Below, piece by piece: positions 19,469 to 28,107 of a DNA stretch of 64,000 nt. The notes under the pieces are model-generated. The model ran no database searches. It was not told the DNA's origin and saw nothing but the letters and a program-made list of their open reading frames with translations. Location of the stretch: assembly GCA_963761335.1 (NCBI GenBank), contig CAVXGR010000013.1, positions 1 to 64,000 of the forward strand. Reading direction: 5' to 3'. The translations under genes were made by a program, and so were the position numbers. Position 1 is the first letter of the stretch, and the number at the start of each line of letters is the position of its first letter. The stretch is from an uncultured delta proteobacterium. GTDB lineage: Bacteria; Desulfobacterota; Binatia; HRBIN30; BPIQ01.

Positions 19469-20040
19469 TGCCGGGGCCGGCAGCGGCTGGTCCTGGCGAC
19501 ATCCCGCCGCCCCCCAGGGCGCGGCCGCGCTACACCTCGACGCCGTTTCCGGCCTACCGCTACGCTCCCGGGCTGCGCCCGCACCCGACGCGGAATCCTG
19601 GCGGCCACTCGTATCAGCCGCAGCCGCAGCCGAATCGTCATCCGCCGTGGCGACCCGAGGACTGGGAGTCGCTGCACTCCTGGCTCTACGGGGTCGACCT
19701 CTTCAACGCCTTCTATTTCTGGGAGGCGCACGAGGCCTGGGAAGGCCTGTGGGTGGCGGTGGCGCGCGACAGTGCTTCCGGTCTTCTCCTGCAGGGCCTC
19801 ATCCAGATCGCCGCAGCGCTCCTGAAGGCACACGGCCGCGTCGAGGCCGGGGTCCACATCCTCTCGGCGCAAGGCCTGGACAAGCTGCGGCGCGCCGGCG
19901 CCAGCGGCAATGAGCACATGGGGCTGGACATCGCGAAGACCGTCTCGGCCTTCGAGGCCTACTTCGCCTCTGCCGCCTTGCCCGAGGTGGCCGAGGCGCC
20001 CGCTCTTCGTCTCACCTGGGGCGTTGCCCCAGGCTGTTGA
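19468..20040 (+). CDS. DUF309 domain protein
   Basis: GVDLFN..YFWEAHEAWEGLW, QGLIQIAAA; TGATG overlap with the upstream gene. Confidence 0.88.
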   Translation: MPGPAAAGPGDIPPPPRARPRYTSTPFPAYRYAPGLRPHPTRNPGGHSYQPQPQPNRHPPWRPEDWESLHSWLYGVDLFNAFYFWEAHEAWEGLWVAVARDSASGLLLQGLIQIAAALLKAHGRVEAGVHILSAQGLDKLRRAGASGNEHMGLDIAKTVSAFEAYFASAALPEVAEAPALRLTWGVAPGC

Positions 20041-20119
20041 ATGCTGCCGCTGCGGGGCTCAGGAGGACGCCGGCATCAGAGATCGGGCTCGGCAAACCTG
20101 AAAGTCGAGTCAGCGAGCG

Positions 20120-20225
20120 ACGAAGTCACCAACAGAGGGCACCGAGAAACCGAGCCACTGAGAAACCGAGCCACCGAGCCACAGCGCCGACAACCAATCA
20201 ACCAATCAACCAATCAACCGAAGCA
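20120..20225. repeat. Period-8 tandem repeats (ACCGAGCC / AACCAATC)
   Basis: accgagaaaccgagccactgagaaaccgagccaccgagcc...caaccaatcaaccaatcaaccaatcaacc. Confidence 0.75.
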
Positions 20226-21627
20226 CCGCCTCCGCCGCCTCCTCGCCGCTGCGGATGCAATCGGGAATGCCGACGCCGCGGTAGGCGTTGCCGGCGAGGA
20301 GCAGGCCGGGGAGCGCCTGCAGGCGCGCCTCGATGCGAGCCATGCGCTCGAGGTGACCGACGCGGTACTGCGGCATTGCCCGGGGGTGGCGGTGCACGCG
20401 CACCAGCAGCGGCTCGGCGCGGACGCCGAGAAGCTCCGCGAGCTCGAGGCGAACGCGCCCGATCATGGTCGCGTCGTCCTCCTCGAAACGGCTCTGCTGC
20501 AGGGCACCGCCGACGAAGGCGCGCAGCAGCACGCGGCCGTCGGGGGCGCGGCCCGGGTACTTCACGCTGCTGTACGTGCAGGCGACGATGTTGCGCGCCT
20601 CGACGAGCGGCACCACGAAGCCGAAGCCGTCGAGCGGTTGCGGAAAGTCGCTGCCGTCGAAGGCCAGGCTCACCGTCGCCGAGGAGGCGTAGGGAATCCC
20701 CGCGAGCTCGCCGGAGAGGATGCCGTCGAGACCCGCGGTCATCTCCGCGGCGTGATGCGCCGGCGAGGCAAGGACCACCGCGTCGCTCTCCAGCGCATCG
20801 CCGCCGCGCAGCTGCAGGCGCCAGCCGCTCTCGGTGCGGCTCAGGCGCTCCACGGGGCTACCGCAACGCAGTGCCCCCTCCGGAAGCCGCTGCACCAGCG
20901 CCTCGACCAGCGACTGCATACCGTCGTCGATGCTGACGAAGAGACTCCAGCGCGCGCCGCTGCTGGCGCGCGCCGCCGGCGCCTGGCGGCGCATCTGCCG
21001 CCACATCGCCAGGATGACGCTGCGGTGCTGTCGCTCCATCTCCAGAAAGCGCGGCATGGTCGCCGCCAGGCTGAGGTCGTCGGGGTCGGCAGTGTAGATA
21101 CCGCCGACCAGCGGCTGGGCGACGCGCTCGAGAGCCTGCCGGCCGAGGCGCCGGGTGACGAACGAGCCCAGGCTCTCGTCGGCGCGCGGCGCACCGCGCG
21201 GCAGCAACAGGTCGAGCCCCATGCGCATCTTGGCGGGCCAGGTGAACAGCGGGGTGGTGACCAACGGCCAGAACTGCGTGGGCGCCAGGAGCAGGAAGCC
21301 GTCCGGGAGAGGATGCAGGCGCCCGCCGTGGACCACGTAGGTGCGCCGGTGCTCGTCGCGGGTGCGCACCAGCCGCGGACCGAGGCCGATGCGCTCGCAC
21401 AGCCGCAGGGCCCAGGGCTTCTCCGAGATGAACGAGTCCGGCCCCGCCTCGATCACGAAGCCGTCGATGCGCTCGGTGGAGATCGATCCGCCCGGCCGTG
21501 CGGCCGCCTCCACAACGTGGAGCTCGAGATCGACGCCGCGCTCACCGGCCAGCTCGGTGAGCCGATGGGCGGCGGCGAGCCCGGCGACACCGGCACCGAC
21601 AACGGCGATTCGCGCTCGCGGAGGCAT
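20206..21627 (-). CDS. hemG: FAD-dependent (copro/proto)porphyrinogen oxidase HemY/HemG
   Basis: VVGAGVAGLAAA, EAGPDSF, GGIYTADP, GFGFVVP, AMPQY, GVGIPDC. Confidence 0.95.
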   Translation of the reverse strand: MPPRARIAVVGAGVAGLAAAHRLTELAGERGVDLELHVVEAAARPGGSISTERIDGFVIEAGPDSFISEKPWALRLCERIGLGPRLVRTRDEHRRTYVVHGGRLHPLPDGFLLLAPTQFWPLVTTPLFTWPAKMRMGLDLLLPRGAPRADESLGSFVTRRLGRQALERVAQPLVGGIYTADPDDLSLAATMPRFLEMERQHRSVILAMWRQMRRQAPAARASSGARWSLFVSIDDGMQSLVEALVQRLPEGALRCGSPVERLSRTESGWRLQLRGGDALESDAVVLASPAHHAAEMTAGLDGILSGELAGIPYASSATVSLAFDGSDFPQPLDGFGFVVPLVEARNIVACTYSSVKYPGRAPDGRVLLRAFVGGALQQSRFEEDDATMIGRVRLELAELLGVRAEPLLVRVHRHPRAMPQYRVGHLERMARIEARLQALPGLLLAGNAYRGVGIPDCIRSGEEAAEAVLRLIG

Positions 21628-21647
21628 CTCCAGCGGCCCGTCCCGCC

Positions 21648-22574
21648 TCAGCCCATCGCCGTCCGCCGGACCACGGCGGCGAGCATCTCGATGAAACGGG
21701 GGTGGTCGTTGACGGCGGCGGCGCGGATGAGCTCGACGCCGGCGGCGTCGGCGATGGCTTTCGCCTCGATGTCCAGGTCGTAGAGCACCTCGACATGGTC
21801 GCAGACGAAGCCGATCGGCGAGACCACCATCCGCCGCACCCCACGTGCGGCGAGCTCGCGGACGACGGCACCGATGTCGGGCTCCAGCCACGGGTCGCGC
21901 GGATTGCCGCTGCGGCTCTGGTAGGCCACCGACCAGCGGGAATGGTTCAGGCTATCGGCGACCCGAGACGCGGCCGCCCGGATCTGGGCGACATACGGGG
22001 AATCGCCGGCGGCGGCCAGCGGCACGCTGTGCGCCGTGAACACCAGCTGCGTCGCCTGGCGCTCATGCGGCGGCACCTGCGCCAGTGCCGCCGCCGTGCG
22101 CTCGGTCACGGCGCGGATGAAGAGGGGATGATCGCCCCATGGGGCGGTGAACGTCACTTCCGGAGCCGCACCGCCGAGGCGCGCCCGGGCACCGGCGACG
22201 TCCTGCTGATAGCGGTCCCAGCTCGCCTCCGTCTGCTGCGCGGAGAGGATGAGCCCCACGGCGTGTCGCTTTCCGGCGGCGAACATCCGCTCCAGCGTCT
22301 CGTGCAGAAACGGATGCCAGTTGCGCATGCCGGCGAAGACCTCGAGCGGTGGCCCCTCGAGCCGCAGCCGCTCCTGCAGGGCGTTGGCTTGCAGAAAGGT
22401 CAGCTCATTCAGCGGCGAACGACCACCCATGAGATCGTAGTGATGGGCCACCTCATCGAGGCGCGCCGGCGGGATCGGGCGACCGCGGGTGACGATGTCG
22501 AGGAAGGGCCGAACCTCATCGGCCCGGGTCGGACCGCCAAAGGCGATGAGGAGGACCGAATCGAAGGAACCCAT
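21648..22574 (-). CDS. hemH: Ferrochelatase
   Basis: FGGP, GRSPL, GMRNWHP, FTAHS, YQSRSG, WLEPD, GFVCDHVEVLYDLD. Confidence 0.95.
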   Translation of the reverse strand: MGSFDSVLLIAFGGPTRADEVRPFLDIVTRGRPIPPARLDEVAHHYDLMGGRSPLNELTFLQANALQERLRLEGPPLEVFAGMRNWHPFLHETLERMFAAGKRHAVGLILSAQQTEASWDRYQQDVAGARARLGGAAPEVTFTAPWGDHPLFIRAVTERTAAALAQVPPHERQATQLVFTAHSVPLAAAGDSPYVAQIRAAASRVADSLNHSRWSVAYQSRSGNPRDPWLEPDIGAVVRELAARGVRRMVVSPIGFVCDHVEVLYDLDIEAKAIADAAGVELIRAAAVNDHPRFIEMLAAVVRRTAMG

Positions 22575-22577
22575 TGG

Positions 22578-23603
22578 TCAGCGCGCGCTCAGCTCGTGCA
22601 CCATGTCGACCAGGGCGCGCACGTTGTCCACGGGTGTCTCCGGCAGCACGCCGTGGCCGAGGTTGAAGATGTGACCCGCGCGGCCACCGGCGGCCTCGAG
22701 GATTTCCGCGGCGCGGCGGCGCACCTCGGCGCGCGGCCCCAGGAGGGTTACCGGATCGAGGTTTCCCTGAATGGCGACATCGCCGAGGCGGCTCCAGGCA
22801 CTGGCGAGATCGACGCGCCAGTCGACGCCGATGACGTCGCCACCGGCGGCCCGCATGAGCTCGAGAAGGCCGGCGGTGCCGGTGCCGAAGTGAATCACCG
22901 GTGTGCCCGGAACGATGGCGCCGATCAGGGCACGCATGTGCGGCAGGACCATCTCGCGGTAGTCGCGCGGCGCCAGACAGCCCACCCAGCTGTCGAAGAG
23001 CTGCACGGCCGCAGCGCCCGCGGCGATCTGGCCGTTGAGATAGCGGGCGGTGGCCCGCACCAATCGATCCATCAGCGCGTGCCACGCCTGCGGCTCGCGC
23101 AGCATCAGCTGCTTGGTGTGCAGATAGTTGCGCGAGCCGTGGCCGTCGATCATGTAGGAGGCCACGGTGAAGGGCGCGCCGGCAAAGCCGATCAGCGGCA
23201 CCGAGGGCGGCAGCGCCGCACTCGCCCGGCGCACCGATTCGAAGACGAACGACAGCTCCTCTTCCGGATTGGCCTCGGGGAGCCGATCGACGTCCTCGCG
23301 GCTGCGCACCGGCCGGGCGATCACCGGGCCCTCGCCCTTCTCGAACTCCAGACCGACGCGAAACGGCTCGACGATCAGCAGGATGTCGGCGAAGATGATG
23401 GCGGCGTCGACGCCCAGCTTCTCCACGGCTGTCACCGTCACCTCGGCAGCGGCATCCGGGTCGCGACACAGGCCGAGAAACGAGAAGCGGTCGCGGACGG
23501 CACGGTACTCGGGCATGTAGCGGCCCGCCTGGCGCATCAGCCAGATCGGTGTGTACGGCGCAGGTTGGCGGCGGCAGGCGAGGAGAAACGGCGCAGTTTC
23601 CAA
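22578..23603 (-). CDS. hemE: Uroporphyrinogen decarboxylase (TTG start approximate)
   Basis: PIWLMRQAGRYMPEY, AAIIFADIL, GFAGAPFT, QLFDSW, QGNLDP, FNLGHG. Confidence 0.96.
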   Translation of the reverse strand: METAPFLLACRRQPAPYTPIWLMRQAGRYMPEYRAVRDRFSFLGLCRDPDAAAEVTVTAVEKLGVDAAIIFADILLIVEPFRVGLEFEKGEGPVIARPVRSREDVDRLPEANPEEELSFVFESVRRASAALPPSVPLIGFAGAPFTVASYMIDGHGSRNYLHTKQLMLREPQAWHALMDRLVRATARYLNGQIAAGAAAVQLFDSWVGCLAPRDYREMVLPHMRALIGAIVPGTPVIHFGTGTAGLLELMRAAGGDVIGVDWRVDLASAWSRLGDVAIQGNLDPVTLLGPRAEVRRRAAEILEAAGGRAGHIFNLGHGVLPETPVDNVRALVDMVHELSAR

Positions 23604-23684
23604 GATGCTTTTGCTACGTGAAGGCGTCCGGCCGGTCAAGGCGCCCGCCCGCAGATTGCGGTCCCGTCCGGTTCCGGCATAGGG

Positions 23685-24980
23685 ATGGAGCCGATGGCGG
23701 CAGGACCACTCGCTCCGCGCACCGCGGTGGTCGTTCTCGGCGACCTCGGCCGCAGCCCGCGCATGCTGTATCAGGCGCTGGCGCTCGCCGATCACCTCGG
23801 CCCGGTCGATCTGATCGGCTACGGCGACAGCCCGCTCCCCGTCCGGCTCCGCGAGCACCCGCGCCTCGCCGTGCACCTGCTGCCGGCTTCCCGGCCGCGG
23901 CAGCAACAGCGCCTGTCGGGGCCGGCATTCATCACCCGTTCCGCCGCGCGGGTCGTGGCGCAGAGCCTGCGCCTGCTGCGCGCGCTGCGGGCGCTGCCGC
24001 CATTCCAGCTGCTCCTGGTGCAGAGCCCGCCGGCGATTCCCACCCTCCTCGTCGCTTCCGTCGTCGCCCGCCTGCGCTCGGCGAAGCTGGTGATCGACTG
24101 GCACAACTTCGGATACTCGATGCTCGGGCTGCGCCTCGGCAGCGGCCACATCGCGGTGCGGGCGGCGCGCCGGGTCGAGGGCGCCGCGGGCCGCCGCGGA
24201 GACGCGCACCTGTGCGTCTCCGCGGCGATGCGCGAGGAGCTGGCGCGGCTCTGGGGGATCGACGGCGCCGTCGTCCTGCGAGACCGCCCCGCCGACGGCT
24301 TCGCGCCGGCCCCGGCGGCGGCGCGCCGCGAGGCGATGCGCCGCCTCGGCATCGACGACGACGCGCACACCGCGCTCGCCGTCAGCCCCACCAGCTGGAC
24401 GGCCGACGAGGATTTTGCGCTGCTCCTCGAAGCGGCGGTGCGCTACGATGAAATGATGCGCGCCTACGGCAACGGTGAGCGGCACCGCCCTCCGCTTCTC
24501 CTCGCCATCACCGGCGAGGGACCCGGACGCAGCGAGTTCGAGGCGCAGTGCCGCCGGTTGGCGCTGTCGCGGGTCCGCATCCGCACCGCGTGGCTGCCGC
24601 CCGAGGAATATCCGGCTTTCGTCGGCGCCGCCGACCTCGGCATCTGCCTGCACCGCTCCGCCTCGGGGTTCGACCTGCCGATGAAGGTGGCCGACATGCT
24701 GGGCGCCGGGTTGCCCGTGCTCGCCTACGACTACGGGCGCTGCATCGCCGAGGTCCTGCGGCCCGGCGAGAACGGAATGCTCTTCTCGGACGCCAATGGC
24801 TTGGCGCAGCGGCTGTGGGATGTCCTCGAGGATTTTCCCGGAGGCGGGCCCCTCCTCAGGCTACGCCGGCAGGTCCGCGAGCTGCACCTGCCACACTGGT
24901 CGGAAGAGTGGAGGGAGCACGCCCTGCCGCTGTTCAGCGCCTGCGCCGCCGGGCGGCAGGACTCCAAGGCAGCGCCTTGA
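23685..24980 (+). CDS. ALG1: ALG1-like beta-1,4-mannosyltransferase (GT33-type)
   Basis: VVVLGDLGRSPRM, QSPPAIPTL, IDWHNFGYS, SPTSWTADEDF, ITGEGP, WLPPEEYP, ADLGICLHRSASGFDLPMKVADMLG: the eukaryotic ALG1 motif series, in order. Confidence 0.88.
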   Translation: MEPMAAGPLAPRTAVVVLGDLGRSPRMLYQALALADHLGPVDLIGYGDSPLPVRLREHPRLAVHLLPASRPRQQQRLSGPAFITRSAARVVAQSLRLLRALRALPPFQLLLVQSPPAIPTLLVASVVARLRSAKLVIDWHNFGYSMLGLRLGSGHIAVRAARRVEGAAGRRGDAHLCVSAAMREELARLWGIDGAVVLRDRPADGFAPAPAAARREAMRRLGIDDDAHTALAVSPTSWTADEDFALLLEAAVRYDEMMRAYGNGERHRPPLLLAITGEGPGRSEFEAQCRRLALSRVRIRTAWLPPEEYPAFVGAADLGICLHRSASGFDLPMKVADMLGAGLPVLAYDYGRCIAEVLRPGENGMLFSDANGLAQRLWDVLEDFPGGGPLLRLRRQVRELHLPHWSEEWREHALPLFSACAAGRQDSKAAP

Positions 24981-26221
24981 AGGTCGCCTTTCTCCATCCG
25001 GATCTCGGCATCGGCGGCGCCGAGCGCCTGGTGATCGACGCCGCCCTGCACCTGCAGGCGGCGGGGCACGAGGTGGTGCTGTTCACCAGCCATCTGGACC
25101 CGACGCGATGCTTTCCCGAGGTGCGCGACGGCGCCCTGGAGGTGCGGGTGCACGGCAGTCTTCTCCGCCTCGGGCATCGCCTGCGGGCGCCCGGAGCGAT
25201 CCTGCGGGGAGTGGTCACCGCAACCGCAATGTCGCTCGGCCGGGAGCAGTTCGACGTCGTCTTCTGCGACGTGGTGGCGCACGCCATCCCGCTGGTTCGC
25301 CTTCTCAGCCGCGCCGGGGTGATCTTCTACTGCCACTTCCCCGACAAGCTGCTCGCCCCGCGACGCACCCGCTGGTATCAGCTGTACCGCTTGCCCATTG
25401 ATCGCCTCGAGGAGCTCGGCATGCGGCGCGCGCACCGCGTGCTGGTCAACAGCCAGTTCACCGCGGTCGCCCTGCGACACGCCTTCCCGCGCCTTCGCGA
25501 CATACGGCCCGAGGTGCTATATCCGGGCGTGGATCCGCTGCCGATGTCCGGCGACGTTGCGCCGTTGCCAATGACCTTCCTGTGCATTCACCGCTTCGAG
25601 CCGAAGAAGAACGTGCGCCTGGCGATCGAAGCGCTCGCCGAGCTGCGGCGGCGACTGACCGCGGAGGAGTTTGCTGGGGTCACCTTGCTGGTGACCGGTG
25701 GCTACGACGAGCGGCTGCGGGAGAACGTCGAGACGCTCGCATCGCTGCGCTCCCTGGCCGCCGAGCTCGGCCTCGGCGAGCGCGTCCGCTTTCTGCCGTC
25801 GGTCGAGGAGGAGGAGCGCCGCCGCCTGCTGGCGGGATGTCTCGGGGTCATCTACACGCCCGAGAACGAGCACTTCGGGCTGGTGCCGCTGGAGGCAATG
25901 GCCGCCGGCAAGCCGGTGATCGCGGCGAATACCGGCGGACCGACGGAGACCGTGCAGGACCAGATCACCGGGTTCCTCTGTGCCGCCGCGCCCTTCGCCT
26001 TCGCCGCGGCGATGGAGCGCCTGCTGCGAGAGCCGGGACTGGCGGCGCAACTGGGGACGGAGGGCCGCCGGCACGCGCTCTCGAGCTTCTCTCGGCAGGC
26101 GTTCGGCGAGCGACTCGAGGCGATCGTCGAAGACGTGAGCCGCAGGCGCGCGACTCCCGGCCATGCAGCTGCGGTATCGGCATCGGCCGGTGACGACGAG
26201 CCGGGGCGACCAGTCGCATGA
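24977..26221 (+). CDS. ALG2: ALG2-like alpha-1,3/1,6-mannosyltransferase (GT4)
   Basis: TTG start overlaps the ALG1 stop. AFLHPDLGIGGAERLVIDAA, FYCHFPDKLL, YRLPIDRLEE, VNSQFT, RFEPKKN, GGYDERLRENV, YTPENEHFGLVPLEAM. Confidence 0.88.
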   Translation: MKVAFLHPDLGIGGAERLVIDAALHLQAAGHEVVLFTSHLDPTRCFPEVRDGALEVRVHGSLLRLGHRLRAPGAILRGVVTATAMSLGREQFDVVFCDVVAHAIPLVRLLSRAGVIFYCHFPDKLLAPRRTRWYQLYRLPIDRLEELGMRRAHRVLVNSQFTAVALRHAFPRLRDIRPEVLYPGVDPLPMSGDVAPLPMTFLCIHRFEPKKNVRLAIEALAELRRRLTAEEFAGVTLLVTGGYDERLRENVETLASLRSLAAELGLGERVRFLPSVEEEERRRLLAGCLGVIYTPENEHFGLVPLEAMAAGKPVIAANTGGPTETVQDQITGFLCAAAPFAFAAAMERLLREPGLAAQLGTEGRRHALSSFSRQAFGERLEAIVEDVSRRRATPGHAAAVSASAGDDEPGRPVA

Positions 26222-28029
26222 TCGCCTCCATCCGCAAGATCCTGGGGATGCTGTCGCCCTCGATGCGGCGGCGCTGGCTGTGGATGATTCCGCTGACGGT
26301 CACCGCCGCACTCGTCGAGGCCTGCGGCGCGGCCGCCGTGTACGCACTGATCAAGCTGCTCGGCGATCCGGCGGCGGGGCTACGCCTGCCGGTGGTCGGC
26401 CCGCTGCTCCGCCAGCTGCCCTGGCATGGCGACCGCCAGATCGTGCTGATCTTCGCCGCCACGGTCGCCGCTTTCTACCTGATGAAGAATGCCCTCCTCG
26501 GCTTCGTGCTCTACGTGCAGAACACGACCATCGGGCATTCGATGGCGATGCTGTCGCGGCGCATTCTGCGCGGCTATCTCGCCGCCCCATACTCCTTCCA
26601 CCTGCGCCGCAACTCGGCACAGCTGATCCACAACAGCTCCGGAGCCGTGGAGATGATCTTCCGGAATCTGGTGTCCTCGGGAATCACCATCGCCGCCGAG
26701 GCGCTGGTGGTGATCGGCATATTCGCCGTGCTGACCGTCACGGCGCCGGTGGTGACACTGGTGGCGGGCACCTTTCTCGTCGCTCTCCTGGCTCTCCTCC
26801 TGAGGCTGACGCAGCGCGCCATCCGGAGGTGGGGGGAAGAGGTGCAGCGACTGAAGACCGGCGCCTTCAAGAGCGTGCAGCAGGCTCTGGGCGGCTTGAA
26901 GGAGGCGAAGGTGCTGGGGCACGAGGAGTTCTTTCTCGAGGCCTTCGCCGAGCGGCACGATCGGCTTTCCTATCTGCTGAACCTGCATGCGGCCCTCTTC
27001 AACCTTCCGCGCCTGCTCATCGAGACCATCTTCATCGGCGCCACCCTGCTGATGATCATCCTCCTGTCGCTGCAGGGCGCGCTGACCGCGGACATGGTGC
27101 CGCTGCTCGGGCTGTTCGCCTATGCCGGCTTCCGGATCATCCCCTCGGCGAACCGGATCATGATGAACCTCAGCCTGATCCGCTACGCCATGCCGGCTCT
27201 GGATGACATCGCCAGCGACCTCGAGGCCATCGAGGGCTGCTCGCTGGAGAGCCGGGAGGCAAACGGCGCGACGGCATTCTTCCGCGACCGCCTGGAGCTC
27301 CAGGGGGTGTCCTTCACCTACGAAGGAGGGCACGCGCCGGCGTTGCAGGAGGTCGATCTCACAGTGCGGCGCGGCGAGTCCGTCGGCATCGTCGGACCGA
27401 CAGGGGCCGGCAAGAGCACGCTGGTAGACGTGATTCTCGGTCTCCTCCCTCCCAGCCATGGTCGGATCCTCGTCGACGGCGTCGACATCTCTCGCGTCTT
27501 GCGGAGCTGGCGCCGCCTGATCGGCTACGTGCCGCAGTCCGTATATCTCCTCGATGACACGCTGCGCCGCAACGTCGCCTTCGGGCTGCCCGACGCCGAG
27601 ATCGACGAAACGCGAGTAAAGGCGGCGCTGTCGATGGCGCAGCTCGACGACTTCGTCCGCGAGCTGCCGCTCGGCCAAGAGACCGCGGTGGGCGAGCGGG
27701 GCGTCCGCCTTTCCGGAGGCCAGCGCCAGAGGGTGGCGATCGCCCGCGCCCTCTATCACGAGCCCGAGATCCTGGTGTTCGACGAGGCGACCTCGGCGCT
27801 CGACAACCGCACCGAGAGGGCGGTGACCGAGGCGATCGAGAGCCTCCAGGGCAAGAAGACCCTGATCATCGTCGCGCACCGCCTGAGCACCGTGCGCATG
27901 TGCGACCGCCTGGTCTTTTTGCACCGCGGCCAGATCGGCGGTTGCGGAACCTACGAGAACCTGCTCGAGAGCAACGCCGACTTCCGCAACATGGCGGCAG
28001 CCGCGGGGGGCAGTCGCTCGACAGTGTAG
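26218..28029 (+). CDS. Fused ABC exporter, PglK/Wzk-like lipid-linked oligosaccharide flippase
   Basis: TMD with YSFHLRRNSA, GLKEAK and RIIPSANRI; NBD GPTGAGKST, IGYVPQSVYLLDDTLRRNVAFG, LSGGQRQR; ATGA overlap with the upstream gene. Confidence 0.8.
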   Translation: MIASIRKILGMLSPSMRRRWLWMIPLTVTAALVEACGAAAVYALIKLLGDPAAGLRLPVVGPLLRQLPWHGDRQIVLIFAATVAAFYLMKNALLGFVLYVQNTTIGHSMAMLSRRILRGYLAAPYSFHLRRNSAQLIHNSSGAVEMIFRNLVSSGITIAAEALVVIGIFAVLTVTAPVVTLVAGTFLVALLALLLRLTQRAIRRWGEEVQRLKTGAFKSVQQALGGLKEAKVLGHEEFFLEAFAERHDRLSYLLNLHAALFNLPRLLIETIFIGATLLMIILLSLQGALTADMVPLLGLFAYAGFRIIPSANRIMMNLSLIRYAMPALDDIASDLEAIEGCSLESREANGATAFFRDRLELQGVSFTYEGGHAPALQEVDLTVRRGESVGIVGPTGAGKSTLVDVILGLLPPSHGRILVDGVDISRVLRSWRRLIGYVPQSVYLLDDTLRRNVAFGLPDAEIDETRVKAALSMAQLDDFVRELPLGQETAVGERGVRLSGGQRQRVAIARALYHEPEILVFDEATSALDNRTERAVTEAIESLQGKKTLIIVAHRLSTVRMCDRLVFLHRGQIGGCGTYENLLESNADFRNMAAAAGGSRSTV

Positions 28030-28103
28030 GGGACAGGCGACTTTTGCGGTTCGTGGGCTCGCGGCAATGCCGAGCGTCTCGCCCGCAAAAGTTGCCTGTC
28101 CCC
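28029..28103. repeat. ~75-bp GGGGACAGGC-type palindromic element
   Basis: 21-bp IR with 1 mismatch, located between convergent genes. Confidence 0.75.
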
Positions 28104-28107
28104 GTCC

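Noticed and set aside
23685..26221. ALG1/ALG2-like genes as eukaryotic contamination
   Set aside because: They are intron-less, overlap each other and a bacterial ABC gene, and match the flanking codon style. Read-level confirmation is still advisable.
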